Shown: positions 39,761-48,967 of the stretch, piece after piece
Numbering within the stretch: the first letter of the stretch is position 1
Layout: every line of letters begins with the position of its first letter
DNA from: an uncultured Rhodothermales bacterium
GTDB taxonomy: Bacteria; Bacteroidota; Rhodothermia; Rhodothermales; JABDKH01
DNA length: 64,000 nucleotides
Reading direction: 5' to 3'
NCBI GenBank assembly: GCA_965367755.1
Contig: CBDUKH010000002.1
Coordinates: 21,471 to 85,470 of the forward strand
Made by a program: the position numbers and the translations under genes
The notes under the pieces: generated by a model
Told to the model about the DNA's origin: nothing
The model's input: only the letters and a program-made list of their open reading frames with translations
Databases searched by the model: none

Positions 39761-40552
39761 CTAGCTCTGGCAGGGAGTGTCGTCTTTATTTGCATCCCAG
39801 CATGCCGGCTCGCCACCATTGTAGTTGGGAGCAATCAGTGTGCCTTCGCCAGTATTGGCATCCCAGACCACAACTGTCTCCGACGTTGCCGATACCTGGT
39901 CCCAGGTAAACACACGTGTTGATTGTACAACATCGTATACGACGCTATCGCCCGGGTTATTAGTCGCACTTTGCGGAATGGAAAATTGAAGGCTTTTTTG
40001 AGATGAGCTACTCCGCGTAAAGCTGGCATTCAGTACATTTTGACTGGTGCCATTGATGTCGTAGAAAAGAGACCAATCGCCTTCCGACCCGTTGTTCCGG
40101 GTCTGTGCTGTGTAGAGCACATGGTTGTCATAAATCTGATCCGTCCCTTGATCGTAGTAGGTTACCGTCATCTCCCAGTCGGTATTCAGCCCTCTGGTAT
40201 TTGCCGTCAATACAAAGTCGATAGCCTGATTGTTGAAAGTGGCTGTAGATCTCCAGGTCCACAAGTTGCCTTCCAGTTCCGGATTCGCTTGCAGCGCCGC
40301 ACCGGTAACCAAAGACGGTATGACTAAATGTGCCCCGAGAACTATAGAAACGGGGATCACTCGCAGGGCTGCATTCGTGTAGTTCGGGCCTACCTGCTTT
40401 GTTGACGCGGTAGAGGTAAAGAAATTGGTATTGTAGGAGAACACGTCAGCAGATATTGGATCTGGGGCCTGCGTGTCTGTATTCGCAAGATCACATGCCG
40501 ACAACATCAGACTAGATGTAGCCAGCAGCAACAATGGTACAATTCGCATCAT
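39761..40552 (-). CDS. hypothetical lipoprotein
   Basis: Lipobox LMLSAC. T/N/S-rich composition predicted to be beta-rich. I recognise no motif. Confidence 0.55.
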   Translation of the reverse strand: MMRIVPLLLLATSSLMLSACDLANTDTQAPDPISADVFSYNTNFFTSTASTKQVGPNYTNAALRVIPVSIVLGAHLVIPSLVTGAALQANPELEGNLWTWRSTATFNNQAIDFVLTANTRGLNTDWEMTVTYYDQGTDQIYDNHVLYTAQTRNNGSEGDWSLFYDINGTSQNVLNASFTRSSSSQKSLQFSIPQSATNNPGDSVVYDVVQSTRVFTWDQVSATSETVVVWDANTGEGTLIAPNYNGGEPACWDANKDDTPCQS

Positions 40553-40760
40553 CCGGGTATAGTTGTGAAGGTGGATCGGTGGGGGATCGGGGATAGTATC
40601 GGCTGATCAAGGTATTTGTTTACAGGCATTTTAGGCGTTTCAGCCAAGATAATCTCCTGTCTCCGACTCCTGGTTTCAGGTAAGATGTGGTGAAACGATA
40701 TGACAGCTGAGAGGTTAATTCCGTTCTCACGCTGAATACTCACCTCCGGCCCTCGCCATC

Positions 40761-41420
40761 ATGTCAAAGACTCGGACGTACACCTCGGAAGATATAACGG
40801 TTACCTATGACGTCGGAAAGTGTATCCATGCGGCTGAATGTGTTCGTGGGGTCCCGGCTGTCTTTGACCCGAATGCCCGTCCCTGGATTCAACCGGAGAA
40901 TGCAACGGCGAAAAGTATTGCTGCTGTAATCGCAAGATGTCCGACCGGGGCGCTGCACTATGAATCTGCCATCGACGGACTGGTCGAGGTATGCGACTCA
41001 AGGAATTCGATTACTACTATTCAAGATGGACCCCTGTACGTTCGCGGTGATGTGGTTATCAACAATAGCGACGGTGACGAAGTGGAGCGCGGGCCGCGGT
41101 TTGCCTTGTGCAGGTGTGGCGCTTCCGGCAACAAGCCATTTTGCGACAACTCCCACAAAGAAATTTCATTCCGTGCACCTCCTTCCCTCGGAGACGGTGG
41201 TATCAAAGAAGTTGAGTATCCTGATTCTCAAGAAGAATTGTGCATCACTCCGTCGCACAATGGACCTCTTCTCCTGAGCGGACCGGTGACGATCAAATCA
41301 GCTGATGGAACCCGGAAGCGTACGGGCTTGAAAACGGCGCTTTGCCGATGTGGGCATTCCTCCAACAAGCCATTCTGTGACGGTTCGCATCGGACCGTAG
41401 GGTTTGACTCAGAGAAATAA
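40761..41420 (+). CDS. iron-sulfur protein: divergent 4Fe-4S mono-cluster-like N-domain plus two CDGSH [2Fe-2S] domains
   Basis: The N-terminal part is CIHAAECVRGVP...ARCPTGAL. Two CDGSH signatures follow: CRCGASGNKPFCDNSH and CRCGHSSNKPFCDGSH. Confidence 0.85.
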   Translation: MSKTRTYTSEDITVTYDVGKCIHAAECVRGVPAVFDPNARPWIQPENATAKSIAAVIARCPTGALHYESAIDGLVEVCDSRNSITTIQDGPLYVRGDVVINNSDGDEVERGPRFALCRCGASGNKPFCDNSHKEISFRAPPSLGDGGIKEVEYPDSQEELCITPSHNGPLLLSGPVTIKSADGTRKRTGLKTALCRCGHSSNKPFCDGSHRTVGFDSEK

Positions 41421-41429
41421 GCTAGACAC

Positions 41430-42221
41430 ATGCCTATAGACACTAGCTTTCAGGCGATAGCCGCTGTGACTGGCCTGGTACTTTTGGCTGCGTGGGAATC
41501 TCTTACTCCATTCTTCAGTTTTTTTCGTAAGCGGGAGCGCGGAATTCATTTCGCGAGAAATATCGTTCTGGGTGCTGTCAACTCGCTCGCCATTGCGTTT
41601 GGTTTTGTGTGGTTGTGGGCTTTGGCTGCCCAATGGTCCGCAGAAAACAATTTCGGGTTTTTGTACCGAATAGACTCGACCGCTATTCGTCTTTTGTTGG
41701 CCATCATTCTGATGGATATATGGACGTATTTGTGGCACATGTTAAATCACCGAGTACCATTCCTGTGGCGATTTCACAGAGTGCATCATTCTGACAACAA
41801 GATGGATGTTTCGACTGCGAGCCGATTCCATCTTGGCGAAATAATCCTGTCGTCTGCGCTTCGAGTGCCGTTAATAGCGATACTTGGGGTGACGCTTCAG
41901 CAGCTAATCATTTATGAGACACTCCTTTTTGCTGTCGTCCAATTCCATCATGCAAATATTGCACTCCCGCCTGCTCTCGACCGTTTGTTGCGGTTGGTGA
42001 TAGTGACACCGGCAATGCACAAGGTCCATCACTCGCGACTTCAGCCAGAAACGGATTCCAACTACAGCTCTCTATTGTCGCTTTGGGACAGGGTTGGCAG
42101 GACGTTCCGACTGCGAGCAAAACTAAATGAAATTGACTTTGGCCTCGAAGGATATGACGATGATGCGTCGCAATCTATCCGTGGCCTTGCCGAGATGCCC
42201 ACCCGGAAAGTTGAGCGTTAG
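41430..42221 (+). CDS. fatty-acid hydroxylase / sterol desaturase-family integral membrane di-iron enzyme
   Basis: His boxes HMLNH, HRVHH, HHANI, HKVHH with 4-5 TM segments. The start lies 9 nt after the CDGSH gene stop. Confidence 0.8.
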   Translation: MPIDTSFQAIAAVTGLVLLAAWESLTPFFSFFRKRERGIHFARNIVLGAVNSLAIAFGFVWLWALAAQWSAENNFGFLYRIDSTAIRLLLAIILMDIWTYLWHMLNHRVPFLWRFHRVHHSDNKMDVSTASRFHLGEIILSSALRVPLIAILGVTLQQLIIYETLLFAVVQFHHANIALPPALDRLLRLVIVTPAMHKVHHSRLQPETDSNYSSLLSLWDRVGRTFRLRAKLNEIDFGLEGYDDDASQSIRGLAEMPTRKVER

Positions 42222-42748
42222 TGCTCGCTGGTTTTGGCTTGGTCCCCGTAGTCTCTCAGGTCTTCACGGAGAAGTCGTGCCCATGTCGAATTGTAAGGGT
42301 GCGCAACTCGAACTAGCTCCCCTTCTCTTTCTAACGGCCGGCCTTCATTCGCCCATCGAAAGATGGATCCTTCCAGATTGGCCACATTAGTGAAGCCGGC
42401 TTCTTGCAGGCGATTAGCAATCTCGGATGATCTGTAGCCTACGGAGCAATAGGCGACGATTCGCGCCGAGGAATCTATGTTCGCCAACTCTGGAAAGTCG
42501 GTGGCGTCTGGAGAAATCTGGATTGCCCGGGGAAGATGGCTCACCGCAAACTCCTCAGGCGTTCGCGTGTCCAGGACTACTATCGTTGAGTCGACCAGAA
42601 GTTGATCAGCAAGCTCTTGCGTTGATATCTGCGTCACATCCGGATATTGGGTCCGGACCAATTTCTCGACTGCCGTAAGACCCCGATCTTGTGAACAGCC
42701 GGATAGCGTAAATGTGGATAGTAGTATCAAGAGGAGTAGGTTCTTCAT
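42218..42748 (-). CDS. rhodanese-domain lipoprotein (exported sulfurtransferase-like)
   Basis: Lipobox FTLSGC and a rhodanese active-site loop AYCSVGYRSS. The start overlaps the upstream radical-SAM stop (ATGA). Confidence 0.8.
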   Translation of the reverse strand: MKNLLLLILLSTFTLSGCSQDRGLTAVEKLVRTQYPDVTQISTQELADQLLVDSTIVVLDTRTPEEFAVSHLPRAIQISPDATDFPELANIDSSARIVAYCSVGYRSSEIANRLQEAGFTNVANLEGSIFRWANEGRPLEREGELVRVAHPYNSTWARLLREDLRDYGDQAKTSEH

Positions 42749-43851
42749 CGGTCTACGGAGTGGTTTGTCGACGGTCGCGATGCCAGGACCGGGAGTGAAA
42801 GGTACGCGCCCTTATTCTCCGAGGTAGTGCCGGTACTGGTTTCCTGATGTCTTTGCCGGTTTGGAAGCGAAGCGGGGCGTATGCCGCCACTCACAAATCG
42901 TTGTGTGACGTATTTCGTCCAACCGTAATCTATTTTCGAAGGAAGGCTCTTCCAAAAGTATTTAGACCCTGGAGAAGTCGCAAAACTAGGTTCGAAATAG
43001 CAATTGATCGAACATCCCTTGCAGACACTATGACGCCCTTCCATTTCACGATGATTGGCGACGGTGTCTCCGTGCCATACGTCAAAAAGGTCGCCATGAA
43101 GTTTAATCTTTTCGAGACCGTAGTGATAGCAAGGAAGCACCAGCTCGTTGAATGGTGAAACGACAACACAGGTAGAGACTGCTTTGCACAGAGGTTTCTC
43201 AGGGTCGTTACCGCCGTTTCTTCTGAGTTCGAGAAACGAGGGATTCAAGTATGTATATGGTCGGGAGGCCATCGACTCCATGCGAGTCATCACTTCTTCC
43301 GAAAGGGAATCGCCGAGAGTCGCATACTCGAAGAGTGGATTGAGAATGAGTACGAGTTTATTCGGGAAAGAGATGGTTTGATATATCTCCTCCATGTGGT
43401 GGAAATTGTCGTTCGTTACGGTGAACAAGATATCCGGGTTCTCGCCCAGGGACAATGCTACTTCGATTGACTCCATCAATTTGTCAAAGCAGGCGACACC
43501 ACGAGAAGTGTTGTGTTCGTCGGCGATTGGAGAGTCGATCGAAAAATGTAGGAGGTCGACCTTTCCAGCGAGTTCGGTTGCACGTTTGGGATAGAGCAGG
43601 CCGTTGGTCGTAACGCTGGTAGCCAGTCCAATTTCTTTCGCCATTCCTAGCATCTCGTGCAAGCGGGTATGCAATAGCGGTTCGCCACCGGTAAAGTCTA
43701 CAATTTTGACACCGAGGCGTTTTAGATCTCGAAGGTTGACAGCAACATCTTCCAGCTCGACCATGGGTGATGGTTGTTCCCAGATGTCACAGAAGCCACA
43801 TTTCGCATTACAGCGATACGTTACATAGTAGTTGCAGAGTAGCGGCGACAT
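42745..43851 (-). CDS. radical SAM enzyme with a C-terminal Cys-rich (SPASM/twitch-like) region, specificity unknown
   Basis: CNYYVTYRCNAKCGFCDIW (the CxxxCxxC cluster), FTGGEPLL, and C-terminal cysteines (CKAVSTC...PCYHY...CKGCSINCY). ATG 43851 is preferred over the upstream ATG 43962 because homologous enzymes start close to the cluster motif. Confidence 0.8.
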   Translation of the reverse strand: MSPLLCNYYVTYRCNAKCGFCDIWEQPSPMVELEDVAVNLRDLKRLGVKIVDFTGGEPLLHTRLHEMLGMAKEIGLATSVTTNGLLYPKRATELAGKVDLLHFSIDSPIADEHNTSRGVACFDKLMESIEVALSLGENPDILFTVTNDNFHHMEEIYQTISFPNKLVLILNPLFEYATLGDSLSEEVMTRMESMASRPYTYLNPSFLELRRNGGNDPEKPLCKAVSTCVVVSPFNELVLPCYHYGLEKIKLHGDLFDVWHGDTVANHREMEGRHSVCKGCSINCYFEPSFATSPGSKYFWKSLPSKIDYGWTKYVTQRFVSGGIRPASLPNRQRHQETSTGTTSENKGAYLSLPVLASRPSTNHSVDR

Positions 43852-44234
43852 GATGATGCAGTGGGGTTGTCTGGATATGATGGCCTGTACCTTGTGACGT
43901 CTTATTTGTTCGTTTCCCGTCGTCAGCGTAATAGTGCAGCGATTGCGAAACCGGAGTTCCATGGCCGAGGTGACGTATGTATCGGCGGTCTATCGTGTGT
44001 TACTAATTGTCTGACGCGACGAGAGACGCGCGGCCCCGGCGTTGCGGACAGGTAGCAATTTGGACGAAAATGTCGGCGGGGGCCTCCACTTCCTCCTCCC
44101 CGTCAGCAACTTAACCACAATTCGCTCACTCCGCCAATGACTTTTTGCTAGAAACTTCCTAGGAAAAAATCTAGGAAAATAACCCCCTTGACAATTCGCA
44201 GCGAAAGCCCGACGTCGTGATCAGAATGGTTGCG

Positions 44235-45158
44235 CTAGCCCTTCTCCATACCGCTAAAAATAAAGTCTCTTACCGCCGTCGACGTGATTCCACCGTCCTT
44301 GCTCAACAACAATATCATACGAGCATGTTTCCTGCCAGGCACCTCAACAAGCTTGCTGTCGACACCACATCCGACAAGGGCGTCATGCAGCATCCTCGAC
44401 TGACGTTTAAGACTGGCGAATTCAGAACCTCCGTACATAATCAAGAACGGTGGAGCGTCTGCTGTTGCATACTGCAGTGTGGAAGCAGCAACAGGCCAAT
44501 TTTCCGACCTGTCTACGAGGCTGAATCGTCTTTCCAAATAGGTGGTCATCAACCCTGACCGGTTCGTTTCTTCATCCGTCATATCGTATCCGGCCCCACT
44601 CACAGCAATGACTCCGGCGATATCGGTGTATCGCCCTCCGGCACGAGTCAGGACCGCCGGGTCCAACGCAACCCGGGAGATCAGGTGAGAACCTGCAGAG
44701 TGACCGGCAAGAAATACTGTCGACGAGTCGGCGCCGAACGATCCTGCATTGTTCTGAACCCAGGCCACAGCAGTCGCAACGTCATTCACCTGGGATTCCC
44801 AATGCACGCCCGGAATTAATCGGTAATTGATTACAGCCGTTGCGATGCCCTTCGATGCATAATATCGACCGATATTCAGGTAGATGTCTTTTCCGCCGAA
44901 AGTCAGATCTTTGTCACCACTCGTCCACCCCCCACCGTGGACAAAAATCAGGACAGGCCACGATGTCCCCGTATCCGGAAGGTAGAAGTTGAGTCTATTC
45001 TTCCTGTCTGTCTCACCCAGCGGCGAGTATGGTATGTCAGCGAACGTTCTAGTCGATTCTATACTGTCATACACCAGAGGCATCCCCGCATAGTACACGA
45101 CGACACAGCCCTGCATGATGACGCAGGATAGAATTACCAAGATCGTCCTTTTGATCAC
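44235..45158 (-). CDS. alpha/beta-hydrolase (esterase/lipase-type) lipoprotein
   Basis: N-terminal hydrophobic segment with MQGC, HGGGW oxyanion motif, GHSAGSH nucleophile elbow, late His (GRKHA). Confidence 0.8.
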   Translation of the reverse strand: MIKRTILVILSCVIMQGCVVVYYAGMPLVYDSIESTRTFADIPYSPLGETDRKNRLNFYLPDTGTSWPVLIFVHGGGWTSGDKDLTFGGKDIYLNIGRYYASKGIATAVINYRLIPGVHWESQVNDVATAVAWVQNNAGSFGADSSTVFLAGHSAGSHLISRVALDPAVLTRAGGRYTDIAGVIAVSGAGYDMTDEETNRSGLMTTYLERRFSLVDRSENWPVAASTLQYATADAPPFLIMYGGSEFASLKRQSRMLHDALVGCGVDSKLVEVPGRKHARMILLLSKDGGITSTAVRDFIFSGMEKG

Positions 45159-45271
45159 GATAGAATGTCAGATAGATGCCGAGATTGCGAAATCCGATGC
45201 CGTGTTTATTCTGAAAGAGATATAAAAGTTGCGTAAACTCTTATCCGGTATCAATAATCCACGAGGGAGTC

Positions 45272-47794
45272 GTGTACAGTCACTATTTCAAGACAATTTT
45301 CCTGAGCGCGACATTATGTTTGGGCACAACTCACTTGCTGGTCGGGCAATCGCTTTTATCGCCTACAGAATTTCTTGGATATGAGCCCGGCGAACGGTTC
45401 ACGCGACATCACGATGTTGTCTCTTACTTTCAACATCTTGATGCCAATTCAAGCAATCTGGTTTTGTCCCAGTATGGAGAAACTAACGAGGGCCGACCTC
45501 TCCTGACGGCATTCATTTCAACGCCGGAAAATCTTGAGCAGTTGGAATCCCATCGGATAAACAATCTTAGTCTTACGCGACTCGCCGAGGGTCCTCGGGA
45601 CGTGACCGGTCCGGTAATTGTCTGGTTAAGCTACGGTGTTCATGGAAACGAAAGCTCGTCTACCGAAGCGGCCATCAAGACTGCCTACGAACTGGTTGGA
45701 GGATCATCTGACGAGGTTGCATCATGGCTTGAAAACACAATCGTCGTTATCGATCCATGCCTCAATCCTGACGGTCGAGACCGCTACGTCAACTGGTACA
45801 ACATGATGGTGGGCAAGTATCCCAATCAAAATCGAGATGCTATTGAACACAATGAACCCTGGCCGGGTGGCCGCACCAACCACTACTATTTCGATTTGAA
45901 CAGGGACTGGGCCTGGTTGACGCAAAAGGAATCCGTACAACGCCTGGCTGCCTACAGCGAATGGATGCCCCACGTACATGTTGATTTTCATGAACAGGGT
46001 ATCAATAACCCGTATTACTTCGCTCCTGCAGCCGAACCTTATCACGAGCTGATCACTGAAAGTCAGCGCCATATCGAAGGCCTGATTGGTGCACACAACC
46101 GACAGTACTTTGATGCCAACGACTGGCTCTATTTCACCCGCGAGGAATTCGATTTGTTGTATCCCGGTTATGGGGATACATGGCCTGTTTTCAACGGAGC
46201 GATAGGAATGACTTACGAACAGGCCGGATCGGGACGTGCCGGCCTAAGAATTTTAAACGACCAGGAGCACGTGTTGACACTGGAGGACCGAATTAATCAC
46301 CACTATACGGCGGGATTGTCTACCATCGAGGCTGCATGGCAGAACCGCAGTACCATTCTTGAGGAGTTCGCCAACTATTACGAAACTGCCGTCCAGGGTG
46401 TTGGACCTTTCGCAAACTATATCATAGACGCAAGCTCAAACTCTGACGATGTGCGGGCGTTAACTCAATTGCTCGACAGCCAAGGAATCCGCTATGCCTA
46501 TGCATCCAATGCGACCAGAATATCGGGCTTTTCCTATTCGTCAGGAAACACTGAAACGACCACCGTTGAGGCCGGGGATATCGTTATTGCGTCCGCGCAA
46601 CCCAAGTCTCGCCTGCTGTCGGTTTTAATGGAACCTGAAACAGCTCTCTCAGATTCGTTGACATACGATATTACCGCATGGGCTTTACCGTACATGTTTA
46701 ATGTTTCTGCAGTTGCCACGAATGCCAGAGTCGCGACGAGTGACAATCCCGGGACTTCACAACCAAGCCCGACCGAGGCCGAACCGTACGCCTACCTCCT
46801 GACGTGGGAGAGTGATTCAGATGTTCGCGTTCTAACAAGCCTGCTCGCTGAGGATGTCCATGTCAGGTATTCGACAGGCCCTTTTAGGGTCGGTGGAAAA
46901 ACATACCCGCGCGGTACTATTATCGTTACCGGCGCCGACAATCGTCACCTGGAGTCGACTCTCGGCGGTATAGTCCGCAGTGCTACAGAGAAAGAGACTC
47001 AACCGCTCGCTACACTAAGCAGTGGATTTGTCGACGATGGGTCTGATCTCGGCTCGAACACCGTGTCGTATCTAAAAGCACCAAGAGTCATGTTACTCTC
47101 CGGTCCGTCTCTCTCAAGCAGCTCCGTTGGCGAGCTTTGGAACTACTTTGACAACCAAATTAATTACCCGGTGACGATTGTCGATGAAAGTGATTTTGGC
47201 AATTTAAATCTTAGCGATTATGATGTAGTAATTCTTCCGGCCGGGTCGTACTCGGGACTCCTTGCAGATAATGCATTGCAAGATCTGACGTCCTGGATAC
47301 GGAGCGGCGGGACTGCTGTCGCCATCGAATCGGCTGCCTCCTTTTTCGCGGGCAAAGAAGGATTCGAACTCAAAATGCGCGAGGCTGAAAAAGAACCCGA
47401 CTCTACGAAAGCATCTCTGCTTAAACCGTACGGCGAGCGCGGCCGAGACCGGCTCGGAGATCGAATAACTGGCGCCATCTACAAAGCTAGAGTTGATGAA
47501 ACGCATCCGCTCGCCTTCGGATATGGTAGTTCCTACTACACCCTCAAACGATCCAATCGTTCGTTTGAATATCTCACCGACGGATGGAACGTTGCAGTAA
47601 TCGAAGATGGCGAACCGGTCAGCGGCTTCGTCGGACACAAAACGGGATCCAGTACTAAAGAGAGCCTCGTTTGGGGCCATCAGACGATGGGACGCGGTGA
47701 CATAGTCTTCCTTATCGATAACCCTGTCTACCGAGGATTCTGGCACGGCGGCAAATTGGTACTGGCCAACGCTGTATTTCTCGTAGGCCAGTAA
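45272..47794 (+). CDS. large M14-family zinc carboxypeptidase-like protein, secreted
   Basis: Signal peptide, YGVHGNESSS (H-x-x-E zinc site), NPDGRD, VDFHEQ, 840 aa. GTG start preceded by gagggag. Confidence 0.8.
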   Translation: MYSHYFKTIFLSATLCLGTTHLLVGQSLLSPTEFLGYEPGERFTRHHDVVSYFQHLDANSSNLVLSQYGETNEGRPLLTAFISTPENLEQLESHRINNLSLTRLAEGPRDVTGPVIVWLSYGVHGNESSSTEAAIKTAYELVGGSSDEVASWLENTIVVIDPCLNPDGRDRYVNWYNMMVGKYPNQNRDAIEHNEPWPGGRTNHYYFDLNRDWAWLTQKESVQRLAAYSEWMPHVHVDFHEQGINNPYYFAPAAEPYHELITESQRHIEGLIGAHNRQYFDANDWLYFTREEFDLLYPGYGDTWPVFNGAIGMTYEQAGSGRAGLRILNDQEHVLTLEDRINHHYTAGLSTIEAAWQNRSTILEEFANYYETAVQGVGPFANYIIDASSNSDDVRALTQLLDSQGIRYAYASNATRISGFSYSSGNTETTTVEAGDIVIASAQPKSRLLSVLMEPETALSDSLTYDITAWALPYMFNVSAVATNARVATSDNPGTSQPSPTEAEPYAYLLTWESDSDVRVLTSLLAEDVHVRYSTGPFRVGGKTYPRGTIIVTGADNRHLESTLGGIVRSATEKETQPLATLSSGFVDDGSDLGSNTVSYLKAPRVMLLSGPSLSSSSVGELWNYFDNQINYPVTIVDESDFGNLNLSDYDVVILPAGSYSGLLADNALQDLTSWIRSGGTAVAIESAASFFAGKEGFELKMREAEKEPDSTKASLLKPYGERGRDRLGDRITGAIYKARVDETHPLAFGYGSSYYTLKRSNRSFEYLTDGWNVAVIEDGEPVSGFVGHKTGSSTKESLVWGHQTMGRGDIVFLIDNPVYRGFWHGGKLVLANAVFLVGQ

Positions 47795-47814
47795 CCAGCT
47801 GCCAAGTCTATCAC

Positions 47815-48312
47815 TTACATAGCGACGAGCAGCTCGTCCAGTCGGTCAAGCGTCGAGGCTAGCCCCTCTTCCATTCCCATCTTGAGGATGGATTCCAGAT
47901 CATCCAGGGATTTGTACGAGACAATAGTCTCCACCAACGTGTTCGCTCCCTTGTCTGCAAACTTTACTTGCCAGTCCGCAGCAGGCATTTCCGGATTTAT
48001 ATTCCCGCTACTATCGCAGAACGCATCTGTCGTTTCATAGAAATCGATAGGAGATATTCGGGTGTAGTCGGTCCATCCCCAGTACTCCGTACCATCCGGA
48101 TCAACCATCGCGTAGTGCCAGTGGCCTCCTTCCTTGAAGTCCATAGACTTCGTTTTTGTTGTGAACGGCTTGGGAGCAAACCAGCGGTTGAGTAATTCGG
48201 CCCGCGTGTAACAATTCCAGACCGTCTGGCGGTCTGCGGCGAACTCTCGGCGTACCGTGATTTTGTTGTTAACTCGATCTGCGAGGAATTCGAATTGGAG
48301 CGTGTTTTTCAT
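47815..48312 (-). CDS. SRPBCC/AHSA1-domain protein
   Basis: 165 aa. VWNCYTRAELLNRWFAPKPF and the overall pattern are typical of Aha1/START-like SRPBCC proteins encoded after ArsR regulators. It overlaps the arsR-like stop by 4 nt. Confidence 0.7.
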   Translation of the reverse strand: MKNTLQFEFLADRVNNKITVRREFAADRQTVWNCYTRAELLNRWFAPKPFTTKTKSMDFKEGGHWHYAMVDPDGTEYWGWTDYTRISPIDFYETTDAFCDSSGNINPEMPAADWQVKFADKGANTLVETIVSYKSLDDLESILKMGMEEGLASTLDRLDELLVAM

Positions 48313-48653
48313 TTCTGTGTATTTTTCATTTTCAGTAGCACATCGTCGAGCTGATCGAACCGGTCTTCCCAGATCTTTCTGAACTGCTCTAGCCAGTGGT
48401 CGATCTCGTTCAGCTTGTCGACTCTTAATTCGTACAGTATCTCACGGCCGTCTTTTGTTGATGACACCAGCTCACATTCAGAGAGGATCTGTACGTGTTT
48501 GGAGATTGTCGGACGGGCAACATCGAAATGCCCTGCGATCGACCCCGCGGTCATAGACTGTGATGCCAGGAGCACCAGTATGGCGCGACGGGTCGGGTCG
48601 GCAATGGCCTGGAATGGATCTCGTCTCAGTTGCACTATAAACCTGCTGTTCAA
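48309..48653 (-). CDS. ArsR/SmtB-family winged-helix transcriptional regulator
   Basis: FQAIADPTRRAILVLLASQSMTAGSIAGHFDVARPTISKHVQIL is the canonical ArsR HTH. Confidence 0.88.
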   Translation of the reverse strand: MNSRFIVQLRRDPFQAIADPTRRAILVLLASQSMTAGSIAGHFDVARPTISKHVQILSECELVSSTKDGREILYELRVDKLNEIDHWLEQFRKIWEDRFDQLDDVLLKMKNTQK

Positions 48654-48663
48654 TCTATTGATA

Positions 48664-48681
48664 CGTAGCCACTTGGCTACG
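48664..48681. promoter_or_regulatory. perfect 8-2-8 inverted repeat, candidate ArsR-family operator
   Basis: cgtagcca-ct-tggctacg begins 11 nt upstream of the arsR-like start. A related half-site pair (cgtag...gctac) lies about 25 nt further upstream. Confidence 0.5.
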
Positions 48682-48967
48682 CAAGTATAATCGATCCGTA
48701 GTTAAATAGCTACACGTTTGTTTATTTTTTTGAAAAAGCTGTTCTGGTGCAATCACGGGCCTGATTTTAGGATATGGTCGGGTTGGACTCCTTCGTGTTC
48801 TGACGACCATCCAAGGAAACGGATGGTTTCGCTCAAAGCACAACCTGCGAACAGGCTCTGGATTTCGGCGCAACCGGACGGATTACTGTGTCCCGTTTTC
48901 CCAATTGACCAGCCGGCTCGGGCCGAGGCATGCGATTAACTCAACAGAAGCCGGAGCGCCTGTCGTG

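Noticed and set aside
44003-44089. Possible 28-codon small ORF (GTG; VEAPADIFVQIATCPQRRGRASLVASDN) preceded by ggaggagg, upstream of the radical-SAM gene. I considered it as a RiPP-type precursor.
   Set aside because: The other genes I inspected in this genome lack Shine-Dalgarno sequences, so the GGAGG run is not good evidence of translation. The peptide has a single Cys and no repeat or leader-core pattern. I cannot test conservation here. It is kept only as something to examine when analysing the leader.
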